Shown: piece by piece, positions 19,935 to 30,429 of the stretch
How positions within the stretch are numbered: the stretch's first letter is position 1
Layout of the letters: each line of letters starts with the position of its first letter
NCBI GenBank assembly: GCA_964609155.1
Contig: CAZSRF010000002.1
Coordinates: 352-64,351, forward strand
DNA: 64,000 bases
Origin: an uncultured Gammaproteobacteria bacterium
GTDB lineage: Bacteria > Pseudomonadota > Gammaproteobacteria > JAGOUU01
Direction: 5' to 3'
Notes under the pieces: generated by a model
Database searches by the model: none
The model's input: the letters and a program-made list of their open reading frames with translations, nothing else
What the model was told of the DNA's origin: nothing
Translations under genes and position numbers: made by a program

Positions 19935-20179
19935 GGTTGATTTATAAAGTTGATTTATAAAGCTGAAAAACTGAGTTGATTATAATGGATTTAATGTTAA
20001 ATTGTCAAAATAACACGGATTAAATCTTTTTAAAGATGGTAAAATGATTAAAGATTCATTTGAGGTTAATTTTATTACTCTATAATGACTAGGGTAATAA
20101 CTAGGTTAATCATCTTATATTATTGAGCTAATTAACTTTTGCAGCGTATTTAACCTGTCTACTATGAGGGCTGTGGTGC

Positions 20180-20860
20180 ATGTTCAACCAAATTAAAAAA
20201 GTTTTTAGTAAAATTAGACGTCTATTTGGATGGATTTTAGGGGCCTTAGTAGTAGGGCCTATTGTAGGGATAATAACTAGTATTATGTATGATCCTACTA
20301 TGCCCATTCCAGTTAATTTAGTATTCTTAACAGCCGTAGTTTTTGCAACAGTATTAGGATTAGTAGGATTCCCATGGAGTTTAGCAGCTATTTTTTGTGG
20401 TATTGGTGGGCTTGCTGGTCTTTTTCTATACCATAGAGAATGTGCTGATAGAAACGCTCAACAATTGGAAAATAAGATTGCAGCGTATGAAGTAAAACCC
20501 GCTGCTACTGCTGAGAATCCAAATCCTGTTGCGCCCAGGGCGACTAAAGAACAAGTAGAAGCGTTTATCGATCAGATTATTTCTCCTCAGCCAGAAGCTC
20601 CTGAACAGCATACACCCATAGGAACGGGGTTGTTTTTTGGTTTTAGAGCAGCAAATTTTGTGTCACAACTTATTGCTGGAAAAGATGCTGATCATCCTGA
20701 TGATCTTACGTGTGGTAGAATCTATAATCTTTCAAGTAGAAGTCTCACTCAAACTGTTATAAGAGGGGCTGATGGTTATCTCAATAACCGTCCTGATCTT
20801 CCTATTGAAGCTCATGGGAGTCCCGCCCCGGTTGCTCCTGTTGCTCCTACCCATCGCTAG
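20180..20860 (+). CDS. hypothetical membrane protein with Pro/Ala-rich C-terminal half
   Basis: Two or three N-terminal TM helices and a proline-rich tail (PVAPRA...PAPVAPVAPTHR). GC appears higher than in the surroundings. Confidence 0.45.
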   Translation: MFNQIKKVFSKIRRLFGWILGALVVGPIVGIITSIMYDPTMPIPVNLVFLTAVVFATVLGLVGFPWSLAAIFCGIGGLAGLFLYHRECADRNAQQLENKIAAYEVKPAATAENPNPVAPRATKEQVEAFIDQIISPQPEAPEQHTPIGTGLFFGFRAANFVSQLIAGKDADHPDDLTCGRIYNLSSRSLTQTVIRGADGYLNNRPDLPIEAHGSPAPVAPVAPTHR

Positions 20861-20937
20861 ATTAGGTGCAGTGATCTGTTACTGGTTGAAAAAAGTCTTA
20901 TATAATATATAGTTAAACTATTGAATATAAGATAACC

Positions 20938-21726
20938 ATGATGATTAAAATTAATGTAAATATTGATTACTATGCACAGTGGCTTAGCAGCTGCTATGGC
21001 AGAGCTGTTTATGATACTGAAATAAGGTTATTAAAAAATTATTTAACCAATATTTTTGGTTTTCATATTATACAAATAGGCACAAGCTGTTTGGATTATT
21101 TGAATCCATTATCTGATAAAATAAAAATTAATCATAAGTTAGTACTGTCTGAACAGTCCGATATCCAAAATTTTTACCAGAATAAAAGTTCTTTATTAAA
21201 TTGCAAGGACAATGCTATCCCTCTTGAGTCAAATAGCATTGATGCTGTAATGATTACACATGGCTTGGAGTTTAGTCTAGATCCTCACGGATTATTACGT
21301 GAAGTTGACAGAATTTTGTTACCAGAAGGGCATTTAGTGATATTATGTTTTAACCCTAGAAGTTTATGGGGTATAAGGAAATTTTTTGCCTTAAGAACTA
21401 AAGAAAATACAATATATCCTTGGTCCGGCAAATGGATAACTTGTAGTAGAGTAATGGATTGGTTAGGTTTATTAAATTATAATATTGACTTTAAGAAACA
21501 TTATTTTTTTCGTCCTTGTATAAATAATAAAAATATTTTAGATTATACTCATTGTTTTGACAAAGTAGGAAAAATAATTCCACTAGGATCTGCAGGTTAC
21601 TGTATAATAGCAACTAAAAGACAAGAGGCTTTTGATTTTATACGGCCTAATTGGTCTAATAAAACAAATTTTGTGAACAAGCCGAATTACGAGCCATCTT
21701 GCTACATAAAAGCAGATAAAAAATAA
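20938..21726 (+). CDS. class I SAM-dependent methyltransferase (YafS-like)
   Basis: Methyltransferase-domain region (LPLESNSIDAVMITHGLEFSLDPHGLLREVDRILLPEGHLVI). It sits upstream of rnhA as yafS does in enterics. Confidence 0.6.
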   Translation: MMIKINVNIDYYAQWLSSCYGRAVYDTEIRLLKNYLTNIFGFHIIQIGTSCLDYLNPLSDKIKINHKLVLSEQSDIQNFYQNKSSLLNCKDNAIPLESNSIDAVMITHGLEFSLDPHGLLREVDRILLPEGHLVILCFNPRSLWGIRKFFALRTKENTIYPWSGKWITCSRVMDWLGLLNYNIDFKKHYFFRPCINNKNILDYTHCFDKVGKIIPLGSAGYCIIATKRQEAFDFIRPNWSNKTNFVNKPNYEPSCYIKADKK

Positions 21727-21746
21727 TATAAATATAACAAAATATA

Positions 21747-22175
21747 ATGAGTAAAGTTGTACATATCTACACTGATGGTGCATGCAGTGGAAATCCAGGG
21801 CCTGGGGGCTGGGCAGCCTTGTTGCGCTATGGAGAAACAGAAAAACTTATTTCAGGATATGTTAATAATACTACTAATAATAGAATGGAATTAAGTGCGG
21901 CAATAGAAGCATTAAAGTTATTAACCAGAAGGTCGACAGTTACATTAGTTACGGATTCAATATATGTCTTAAAAGGCATTACTATTTGGATAAAAAGCTG
22001 GAAAAAAAAAGGTATATTGTCTAGCAAAATAAATGCTGACTTGTGGATTCAATTAGATGAATTGAATTCTAGGCATGATATTACTTGGCAATGGATTAAA
22101 GGTCACAGTGGTCATGCTGAAAATGAAATAGTGGATGAAGCGGCAAGAGCTGAAATAAAAAAACACCTATGCTAA
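21747..22175 (+). CDS. rnhA: ribonuclease HI
   Basis: 142 aa. YTDGACSGNPGPGGWAA and HSGHAENEIVDEAAR motifs. Confidence 0.92.
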   Translation: MSKVVHIYTDGACSGNPGPGGWAALLRYGETEKLISGYVNNTTNNRMELSAAIEALKLLTRRSTVTLVTDSIYVLKGITIWIKSWKKKGILSSKINADLWIQLDELNSRHDITWQWIKGHSGHAENEIVDEAARAEIKKHLC

Positions 22176-22930
22176 CACGACAAATTATATTAGATACAGA
22201 AACCACAGGATTAAATCCTAAAGATGGGCACCGTATTATTGAAATCGGTTGTGTTGAGCTTATTAATAGAAGATTAACTGGTAATAATTTTCATTACTAC
22301 TTGAATCCTAATAGAGAGATTGATGCAGAAGCAGTAAAAGTTCATGGAATAACCAATGCTTTTTTAATTAATAAACCTAATTTTTACAATATAGCAGAAG
22401 AATTCTTAGATTATATAAAAAACGCAGAGATTGTAGCACATAATGCACGCTTCGATATTGGTTTTATCAACCATGAACTACAGCTAGCATTAGATGTTAT
22501 AAAAAAAACAGTTCAAATTGATAAAATTAATAAGATAATTGATACTCTTGAATTAGCTAAAAAACTACACCCTGGACAAAAAAATTCGTTAGATGCTCTT
22601 TGCCGTAGGTATAATATTGATAACACACAAAGAGAATTACATGGTGCATTGCTGGATGCTAAAATATTAGCCGATGTTTATCTTGCGATGACTGGTGGGC
22701 AATGTAAGCTTGAGTTTGATGAGCATACATTTTCTCCAGAATTAGGTTATACTCATCGTTCAGGTTTAGTGTTGAATAAAAGTCTTCCGGAAGAGAGTAC
22801 AGAAGAACCAGTTGGACAAATGAATATATCCGTTGTTAAAGCTGATGAAATAGAAATGGAATTGCATAATAAATTCGTAGAAAAAATAAGAAAAGCTTCA
22901 ATGAATAATTGTGTTTGGGATTTGGTATAA
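22169..22930 (+). CDS. dnaQ: DNA polymerase III epsilon subunit (3'-5' proofreading exonuclease)
   Basis: Exo I motif ILDTETTGL, plus Exo II and Exo III. It overlaps the rnhA stop. Confidence 0.9.
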   Translation: MLTRQIILDTETTGLNPKDGHRIIEIGCVELINRRLTGNNFHYYLNPNREIDAEAVKVHGITNAFLINKPNFYNIAEEFLDYIKNAEIVAHNARFDIGFINHELQLALDVIKKTVQIDKINKIIDTLELAKKLHPGQKNSLDALCRRYNIDNTQRELHGALLDAKILADVYLAMTGGQCKLEFDEHTFSPELGYTHRSGLVLNKSLPEESTEEPVGQMNISVVKADEIEMELHNKFVEKIRKASMNNCVWDLV

Positions 22931-22944
22931 ATTAAGGAGTTAAA

Positions 22945-24195
22945 ATGCCTCTACAGTTAGTTTTAGGGTTATTGTTAACTATTACGGCAATGGCCGGCTT
23001 TATAAACTATAAGTTTATCAAATTACCTAACTCGATAGGGCTTACTTTAGTGACTTTGCTTTTATCAGTGGCATTATTGATTCTAGGCAAATTTGGTCTT
23101 GCTTTAGATCTGGTTTTTGCAAATTTTCTTCATGAAGTCGACTTTAAACGCACAGTTATGGATTTCATGTTGAGTTTTATCTTATTTGCAGGTTCTTTGC
23201 ATATTAATGTTAATCATATGTACCATTTTCGTTGGGTTATTGCTCAGCTTGCTACAATTGGGGTGATGATTTCAACGTTATTAATTGGAGGGTTGGTTTA
23301 TTATATAAGCTATGTATTCCAACTTGATTTACCAATAATTTTTTGTTTTTTATTTGGTGCTTTAATATCTCCTACAGATCCAATAGCTGTTTTAGGTGTT
23401 TTAAAGCGTATTGATGCGCCAAAGAGTTTGGAAATAAAGATTGCTGGTGAGGCATTATTTAATGACGGTGTTGGTATAGTTATGTTTACAATGTTATTGA
23501 ATATAGCTATTGGCACCAATAGTGAATTTTCATTGACACACATTGCTAGTGATTTTGCAAGAGAAGTTATCGGTGGTATTGTTGTAGGGTTTTTTCTGGG
23601 GAGATTAGCCAAATTTTTTATTAAGAGAGTTGGCAATTTTGATACAGTATTATCTTTAACTTTAGCATTGGTTACTGGTGGATACGGTTTAGCGAATGAT
23701 GTGTTGCATGTATCTGGTGCCATTGCCATGGCAGTTGCAGGACTTGTAATAGGGCGTGCTTGCCGAGAGGGTAAGATGCCGAAACATATTGTTACTCAAT
23801 TAGAGCATTTTTGGCAATGGGTAGATGAATTGCTCAATGCCATTTTATTTGTTCTTATAGGGTTTGTTGTATTATTCTTACTCTATGATTTAAAACTTAT
23901 TATTGTATCTATTTTAGTTATTCCAGCAGTTCTAATAGCAAGGTATCTTAGTGTTATTCTTCCTGTCCTTAGTTCGTATCAATTTAGAACTTTTAGTCAC
24001 AAAACAGTCACTCTTATGACGTGGGGTGGTTTACGTGGAGGTGTTTCTATTGCTCTTGCTTTATCAATTCCACCAGAATTACTTGGAAGGAATATTGTTA
24101 TTACCATGACATATCTTGTAGTCATGTTTTCAATTATTGTGCAAGGTATTACTATTGGGCCGCTAATTAAGAGATTTATGGCTAGTGGTACCTAA
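22945..24195 (+). CDS. Na+(K+)/H+ antiporter, CPA1 (NhaP-type)
   Basis: About 12 TM helices and the LFNDGVGIV motif typical of NhaP exchangers. Confidence 0.75.
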   Translation: MPLQLVLGLLLTITAMAGFINYKFIKLPNSIGLTLVTLLLSVALLILGKFGLALDLVFANFLHEVDFKRTVMDFMLSFILFAGSLHINVNHMYHFRWVIAQLATIGVMISTLLIGGLVYYISYVFQLDLPIIFCFLFGALISPTDPIAVLGVLKRIDAPKSLEIKIAGEALFNDGVGIVMFTMLLNIAIGTNSEFSLTHIASDFAREVIGGIVVGFFLGRLAKFFIKRVGNFDTVLSLTLALVTGGYGLANDVLHVSGAIAMAVAGLVIGRACREGKMPKHIVTQLEHFWQWVDELLNAILFVLIGFVVLFLLYDLKLIIVSILVIPAVLIARYLSVILPVLSSYQFRTFSHKTVTLMTWGGLRGGVSIALALSIPPELLGRNIVITMTYLVVMFSIIVQGITIGPLIKRFMASGT

Positions 24196-26887
24196 TTTTG
24201 ATTTATGTAAATATCAACAAGGGTTAAATAATAATAGTGTATTATTAGTTCCTAACCAAAGGCTTGCTCGTAAATTGATAAGCTACACTTTTGAACAGCA
24301 ATGTATTGCTAAGTCTATTGAGGTTATAACAGGCTTTAGTATATATTCTCTAAGTGATTTTGTTGATTATATTTATAATATTATCTACGAATCTGGACGT
24401 ATTGAGGATTCAAAGTATCTTTTAAATGCATGGCAAAGAGAAGTAATATTTAAAAATATTATTGAAAATTATGTTCGTGAAGATAATAAGTTTAGTCATG
24501 TTGTGTCTCCATCAATTTATAAAAAAGTACTATCGGCATGGCAAATTCAAAAACAGTGGAATGTTCCTCATGATTTTCTAACCACACCAAGTCCAGAAAT
24601 AGAGCTGTTTAACATTTGGACAAAAGAATATAAAGATATATTAAATCAATCACAATACAGTGATCCGGATGATAAAATTGTTCTAACTGTTTCTGCTTTA
24701 AATAAAGATCTATTGAGACTGTTAAATATTGATAATATTGATCTCTATGGGTTTGATGATTTATCGCCTGTTTATAGAAACTTCTTTGATAAACTAGAGC
24801 AGGATTCTGTTCATATTAGATATATTGATAATATAAATATTAATTCTGATCTAAAATCTAATTTCAAATTGCATGAAGCACATGATATTGAAGATGAGTT
24901 TGATAAACTTTCTGATTGGGCTTTACACCATTATGAACAAGGTACTAATGACGTAGGTATCATTGTTCCAAATTTAACTCAGCATCGCCAGTTAATTAGC
25001 AGAAAATTTAGCGAGAAATTCATTTGTCGTGATGCTTGGAACATATCTGGTGGTGAGCCTTTGTTAGATATACCTGTAATAAAAGTAGCAATATTATTAT
25101 TAGATATTCTTAATTACGCAAGCAGTTTGTATGTAGAAAAATTGAATTCAACAATTAAAATTCAAAGTGTAATTTATTTATTACAATCTAGTTATTACTT
25201 GAAAAATGCCCAGAATAAATCAGCAGTTAATATTAAATCTCAAGTTCATGATTTAATTTTTTTGCTGCAAAGAGATGGCTATAAAGAGTTAACAATCAAA
25301 GACTTTATTTATCACATTGGAAAAATAAATAAATCGTTTATTGATAATATTATTCATCAAAAAATACAAGCATTGCAATTACCTAGTGCTTGGGCTAAAA
25401 ATATTTGGGTTCTACTAGCTAATCTCGGTTGGCCAGTTGGTGAAGCTAATAAGATAAATAGCCTAGAATATCAAGCTATTATGCAGTTGCAAAAATGTTG
25501 TTATAGACTGTCTGAGCTTGATAAACTTCTTGGTTCTGTAAGCTTTAATAAAATATGCGTTGAATTAAAAAATCTTTTACAAGACGTACCATTCCAAATA
25601 GAGACTAACAAAAATTCAATAGATATATTAGGCATGCTAGAAGGTGCTGGTTTATTTTATAATAAACTATGGATTGCTAATTTAACAAGTGATATATGGC
25701 CAATGCCACCAGATCCCAATCCATTTATAGCGATTGATTTGCAAAGAAAATATAATCTACCTCATTCAACTGTTGAACGTGAGTTTGAGTATGCAAAAAA
25801 ATTGACTCGTAGATATCTCACAAGTTCTAAAGATATTATTATTAGCTATAATAAATTTGATGGTGAAAAAGAAAATAATTTTAGCTTTTTATTGGATTCC
25901 GAGCAATCTTTAAAGCTGGAAATTGAACTAGAGAATAAAGATAAAAATTATCTACCTGATCTAAAAATAAATATTAATCAAGATTTTTCGGGTCCAGCAA
26001 TTGAAAATAGTCACATAAAAAACGGCGTAAAAGCTTTATCGTTACAGATTACATGTCCATTTAGAGCTTTTGCTGAAATACGATTAAATGCAGTAAGTAT
26101 AAAAAACTTAGATATAGGTCCTGCGGCTTGGTTACGTGGGCAGGTGATCCATGACGTATTGCAATATTTTTATATTGACTATAATACTAAATCAAAAATT
26201 GTAAATTTATATGCTGATCAAGAAAATTATAAAAGCTATCTTAATGATTTGATTTTAAAATCCTTAATGAAATACAGGATTAAATATTTTAATATTTATA
26301 AATTAGGTATTGTAAAATTAGAACAAGAGGTTATTTATAATATAATCAATCCTTTTATTGCGTTAGATATTCAGCGCCAAGAGTTTACAGTTATTAGTGT
26401 TGAAGAAAACTGTTTTTTTAAGTTAGATAGTGTTCAATTTAATGTAAGAGTAGATAGAATAGACAGAATAGATAGAGTAGTTAAAATAGATAATATAAAT
26501 AATAGAGAACAAGAGAATCAAATAGTTATTATAGACTACAAAACATCAACTCAGAATATTAACAATTTATTTAAAGAAGAACTAACAGAGCCGCAATTGC
26601 CGATTTATCTGTTTTTAGATAAGCACACAGATACGCAAGCAGTAATATTTGCAGAATTATTATATCAACACGCTAGTTATAAAGGCATTGGTAGTGATAA
26701 AATATTTGACGGATGTGTTAAGATAGACGAGTGGGATAAATTAAAAAATAAATGGTATGATCTTCTAAAGACATCAGCTTTAAGTTTTGCTAATGGTGAA
26801 GCAAAAAGACAGCCTTTGAATCTTGAAGCCACATGTCGCACATGCCATTTATCTGGGCTTTGCCGTAAGGATGAGGTATGGCATTAA
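24185..26887 (+). CDS. addB: AddB-type helicase-nuclease subunit (inactive helicase-like N-terminus, C-terminal PD-(D/E)XK nuclease with Fe-S staple)
   Basis: No Walker A. C-terminal nuclease region IIDYKTS. Cys pattern C...CRTCHLSGLC (CxxCx5C) matches the AddB iron-staple. The stop overlaps the addA start by 10 bp. Confidence 0.7.
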   Translation: MVPNFDLCKYQQGLNNNSVLLVPNQRLARKLISYTFEQQCIAKSIEVITGFSIYSLSDFVDYIYNIIYESGRIEDSKYLLNAWQREVIFKNIIENYVREDNKFSHVVSPSIYKKVLSAWQIQKQWNVPHDFLTTPSPEIELFNIWTKEYKDILNQSQYSDPDDKIVLTVSALNKDLLRLLNIDNIDLYGFDDLSPVYRNFFDKLEQDSVHIRYIDNININSDLKSNFKLHEAHDIEDEFDKLSDWALHHYEQGTNDVGIIVPNLTQHRQLISRKFSEKFICRDAWNISGGEPLLDIPVIKVAILLLDILNYASSLYVEKLNSTIKIQSVIYLLQSSYYLKNAQNKSAVNIKSQVHDLIFLLQRDGYKELTIKDFIYHIGKINKSFIDNIIHQKIQALQLPSAWAKNIWVLLANLGWPVGEANKINSLEYQAIMQLQKCCYRLSELDKLLGSVSFNKICVELKNLLQDVPFQIETNKNSIDILGMLEGAGLFYNKLWIANLTSDIWPMPPDPNPFIAIDLQRKYNLPHSTVEREFEYAKKLTRRYLTSSKDIIISYNKFDGEKENNFSFLLDSEQSLKLEIELENKDKNYLPDLKININQDFSGPAIENSHIKNGVKALSLQITCPFRAFAEIRLNAVSIKNLDIGPAAWLRGQVIHDVLQYFYIDYNTKSKIVNLYADQENYKSYLNDLILKSLMKYRIKYFNIYKLGIVKLEQEVIYNIINPFIALDIQRQEFTVISVEENCFFKLDSVQFNVRVDRIDRIDRVVKIDNINNREQENQIVIIDYKTSTQNINNLFKEELTEPQLPIYLFLDKHTDTQAVIFAELLYQHASYKGIGSDKIFDGCVKIDEWDKLKNKWYDLLKTSALSFANGEAKRQPLNLEATCRTCHLSGLCRKDEVWH

Positions 26888-29800
26888 ATAAAGTTAGTGA
26901 TGAAGAATCTCGTACAAAAGCCCTTAATCCAATCAAATCATATATAGTCCAAGCTCCAGCAGGTTCTGGGAAAACTGAGCTTTTAACACAACGGGTCTTG
27001 CATCTTTTAGCAACCGTAAATAAACCAGAGGAAATTGTTGCATTAACATTTACTAAAAAAGCCGCCTCTGAAATGAAATCTCGTATTATCGATGCGCTGC
27101 TAACAGGCAATAGTTCAGTTGTTCAAAAAATAATAAATCGTGACAAAAGTCTGGGATGGAATTTATTAAAAAACCCTAATAGACTAAATATAATGACCAT
27201 TGATGCATTATGTGCAAAAATAGTGCATAAAATGCCAGTGTTGTCAAAGATTGGAACTAGTGTTTCTATTTGTGATAACCCTGATGTTTATTATAAGCAG
27301 GCCGTGTATGAATTATTTAAATTAGTTAATACCAATATTGAGCTTGATACACAAAAAGATTGGATAAATAATTTAAAAATTTTATTCAAGCATTTTGGTG
27401 GTAGTTACACTAAGTTGCAAAATTTTTTGTTATCAATGTTGTATAAGCGCGATCAATGGTTACCTTATTTATCTTATTTAAAAGATAAAGATGATTATGC
27501 AAAATATGAATATATTAGTGCGGCATTTGACAAATTAGCCAGCGATGTAATTCTTAATATAGAAAATAAAATTCCTCTAGATATTAAAACAGAACTAGGG
27601 GATATATTAAATTATGCTTCTGATAATTTGATTCAATCATTAGATAATCACGGTATTAATCAACAGTGTATTATTGATTTTCATTCAAGTAATACTGCCT
27701 ATTGGCAGGCGGTGGCCATCTTATTGTTTACACAAGATGAGTCACTTAGTTTTAGAAAAACCATTGATAAGAGATTAGGATTTATTGCTAAAGGTTCAGA
27801 GAAAAAAAAGTTATTGGATATTATTTCTGACTTAAATAGAAATCATGATTTAGATGATTTGCTTGATAGCTTTGCTTTATTAAAAAAACTTCCGAAGTCA
27901 ACTTATAGCCTGGAGAACTGGGAGCTTTTAGTTACGCTTGCTAATGTCTTAATATTATTAGAAGCGGAATTAAGAATTATATTTAGAAAAAATAATACTA
28001 CTGATTTTCAAGGTGTGAGCCAAGGTGCCATTTATGCCTTAGGTGATATAGGTGGTGATACAGATGGTATAACTGATATAGGTTTATGGCTGGATTATAA
28101 AATCAAACATATCTTGGTTGATGAGTTTCAAGATACTTCTTATATTCAATATCAATTGCTTTGCAAATTAACAGCTGGATGGGATGGTTCGGAAGATAGA
28201 ACATTATTTTTAGTAGGCGATCCTATGCAATCTATTTATAAATTTCGTCAAGCTGATGTAAGTTTATTTTTACGAGTTATTCACAATGGAGTTGGGGACG
28301 TACAATTAGAATATTTACGATTGTCTAAAAATTTTAGATCAGAACAACAGATTGTAAATTGGGTAAATACAAAATTTATTCATATCTTACCTAAAGGTTC
28401 TAATATGATTTTTGGTGCCATAAAATATAGCTCTTCAGAACCAACTAGAGAGTTGAATCAGGAGTTTTCACCGAAGTTATATGTTTTTGATCGTAATGAT
28501 GAGCAATCTGAAAATAATTTCATTATTGAACATGTTAAACGCATTATTAGTTTAAATCAAAAAGATGCACCAAGTATAGCAATATTAGTGCGTAACAGAA
28601 CAAGAGTAATTGAGCTTATCCGTGCATTTAAAAATAATAGGTTAAAATTTAATGCGATAGATATTGAATTATTATCTGATAAAATGGTAATACAGGATCT
28701 ATTATCTTTAACATGTGCTATCTTAAATTTTTCAGATCGTACAGCGTGGTATAGCGTATTGCGAGCTCCATGGTGTGGCCTTAGTTTAAAAGATTTGTAT
28801 TTATTGCATTTTGGGAACAGTAATAAAAATATTATTGAAATTTTACATGAAGATTTTCATGATTGTGGTTTAAGTGATTATTCGAAAAAAAAACTAAATA
28901 ATCTTTTGTTTGTGTTGCGTAACGTACAAAGAAATTTATATAAAATTAATTTTTATAAGATAATTGAACAAGCTTGGTACTCTCTAGGGGGCAATCTTAT
29001 ATATAATTCTGAGCAGGATATTTTAGATGCTAAGCAGTATTTTGATCTTTTATTTAGGCTCGAAGAGTCGAACTATATTACAGATATCAATCAGTTGTTG
29101 GTTGAAGTTTCTCGATTGTACTCAGGAAGTAAAATACGATCAGAGCATGAGGGTTCAGTTTATAATATAGAAATCATGACGATACATAAATCAAAAGGTT
29201 TACAGTTTGATTATGTTATATTACCTTATTTGGATCAATCCGCAAAGATTAGCGAGCATGAAATGTTAGCCTGGCAGACTTATCATGCTGATAATTTCGA
29301 TGGTATTATGCTTGCACCATATTATATAAAAGATCATGAACAGGCTGAATTTTATCAAACTTTACGTTACATAGAAAAGCAGAAAGAAAGTTATGAATTA
29401 GCCAGGCTGTTATATGTAGCGGTAACCCGAGCAAAAAAAAGCTGCATTTTTACTGCAAGTTGTGATTTAGACAAGGGTAAATCGGTTGAAGACATAAAAG
29501 CTACAAGCACCTCAATGTTATGTAAAATTCTTGATAAACTTAACTTTGAGGAAGTTGTTTTTTCAGATATAACCAAAGCAGATAATACTAATATTAAATA
29601 TGATGCTGATAATATAAATAATAACCAGTTGTATAAATATATAGATCCTAGTACATATTCTTCCGAGGCAATAATAAATAGCAATTCTAAAGAGCTGTAC
29701 TCTGAGTATTTACGAGTTAAAACTCGTGATATGTTTCCTCGAGAATTGCCAAATGATAATCCCACTACTTATGAGTTAAAAGATGATTCCCAGAGGTTAA

Positions 29801-30300
29801 TCGGGGTGTTTGTTCACAAAATGCTATATAACATAGTAAAAAAATATATTAATATTAATGTACCTGATTGGTTAGATAAAAAAATTTTAACTGTTTGGCG
29901 TAATAGTTTATTAAACATGGGAATGCCTTTGAATAATCTTAATAAGGCTCTCGATATAATTGTTCAAGCAATTAATAATGTTGTAGATGATGGTGTTGGT
30001 CAATGGATTATCAGTGATTATCAAACCAGCTTTGCTGAAAAAGATTTTTTTTATTACCACAAGCAAGAACTCAAAAAGTCAGTTATTGATAGATTATTTA
30101 TTGATAAGAAAATTATTTGGATAATTGATTATAAGCTTGGTAATACAGATGAAGACTTTAAGAGACAGTTGAGTCATTATGAGTATTTAGTTAAAAGTTA
30201 TTTTAAAGACATTATTTGTACTCAAAACTTAACGGTAAAATCTGCATTATATTATCCATTAACTAAAGAATTTGTTTGTGATATAAAATGTCCAGTATAA
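26878..30300 (+). CDS. addA: AddA-type UvrD-family helicase with C-terminal RecB-like nuclease domain
   Basis: Walker A QAPAGSGKTELLTQRVLHL. UvrD motifs (VDEFQDTS, LSKNFRS). The C-terminal IIDYKLGNT is a PD-(D/E)XK motif. Confidence 0.8.
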   Translation: MALNKVSDEESRTKALNPIKSYIVQAPAGSGKTELLTQRVLHLLATVNKPEEIVALTFTKKAASEMKSRIIDALLTGNSSVVQKIINRDKSLGWNLLKNPNRLNIMTIDALCAKIVHKMPVLSKIGTSVSICDNPDVYYKQAVYELFKLVNTNIELDTQKDWINNLKILFKHFGGSYTKLQNFLLSMLYKRDQWLPYLSYLKDKDDYAKYEYISAAFDKLASDVILNIENKIPLDIKTELGDILNYASDNLIQSLDNHGINQQCIIDFHSSNTAYWQAVAILLFTQDESLSFRKTIDKRLGFIAKGSEKKKLLDIISDLNRNHDLDDLLDSFALLKKLPKSTYSLENWELLVTLANVLILLEAELRIIFRKNNTTDFQGVSQGAIYALGDIGGDTDGITDIGLWLDYKIKHILVDEFQDTSYIQYQLLCKLTAGWDGSEDRTLFLVGDPMQSIYKFRQADVSLFLRVIHNGVGDVQLEYLRLSKNFRSEQQIVNWVNTKFIHILPKGSNMIFGAIKYSSSEPTRELNQEFSPKLYVFDRNDEQSENNFIIEHVKRIISLNQKDAPSIAILVRNRTRVIELIRAFKNNRLKFNAIDIELLSDKMVIQDLLSLTCAILNFSDRTAWYSVLRAPWCGLSLKDLYLLHFGNSNKNIIEILHEDFHDCGLSDYSKKKLNNLLFVLRNVQRNLYKINFYKIIEQAWYSLGGNLIYNSEQDILDAKQYFDLLFRLEESNYITDINQLLVEVSRLYSGSKIRSEHEGSVYNIEIMTIHKSKGLQFDYVILPYLDQSAKISEHEMLAWQTYHADNFDGIMLAPYYIKDHEQAEFYQTLRYIEKQKESYELARLLYVAVTRAKKSCIFTASCDLDKGKSVEDIKATSTSMLCKILDKLNFEEVVFSDITKADNTNIKYDADNINNNQLYKYIDPSTYSSEAIINSNSKELYSEYLRVKTRDMFPRELPNDNPTTYELKDDSQRLIGVFVHKMLYNIVKKYININVPDWLDKKILTVWRNSLLNMGMPLNNLNKALDIIVQAINNVVDDGVGQWIISDYQTSFAEKDFFYYHKQELKKSVIDRLFIDKKIIWIIDYKLGNTDEDFKRQLSHYEYLVKSYFKDIICTQNLTVKSALYYPLTKEFVCDIKCPV

Positions 30301-30429
30301 TTATTTGTGATAAGTTGGTTGGTTTAATTTACCAAATAATAATATTTTTGATAAGAATTGTACTAAAAAATGATTTTTTAGTATGGTTTACTATACTTTA
30401 AAAAAAGTAATATAAAGGATAGTTAAAGT

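Noticed and set aside
20426-20611. Antisense small ORF inside 20180-20860; likewise 21583-21783, 21827-22027, 23310-23729, 26790-27110, 29391-29765, 33339-33584, 33993-34196, 34180-34401, 36574-36780, 39363-39593, 41717-41941, 42353-42688, 46496-46840, 50330-50548, 52078-52341 and 56295-56483
   Set aside because: Every one is nested in, or antisense to, a longer gene with clear motifs. None is called as a gene.
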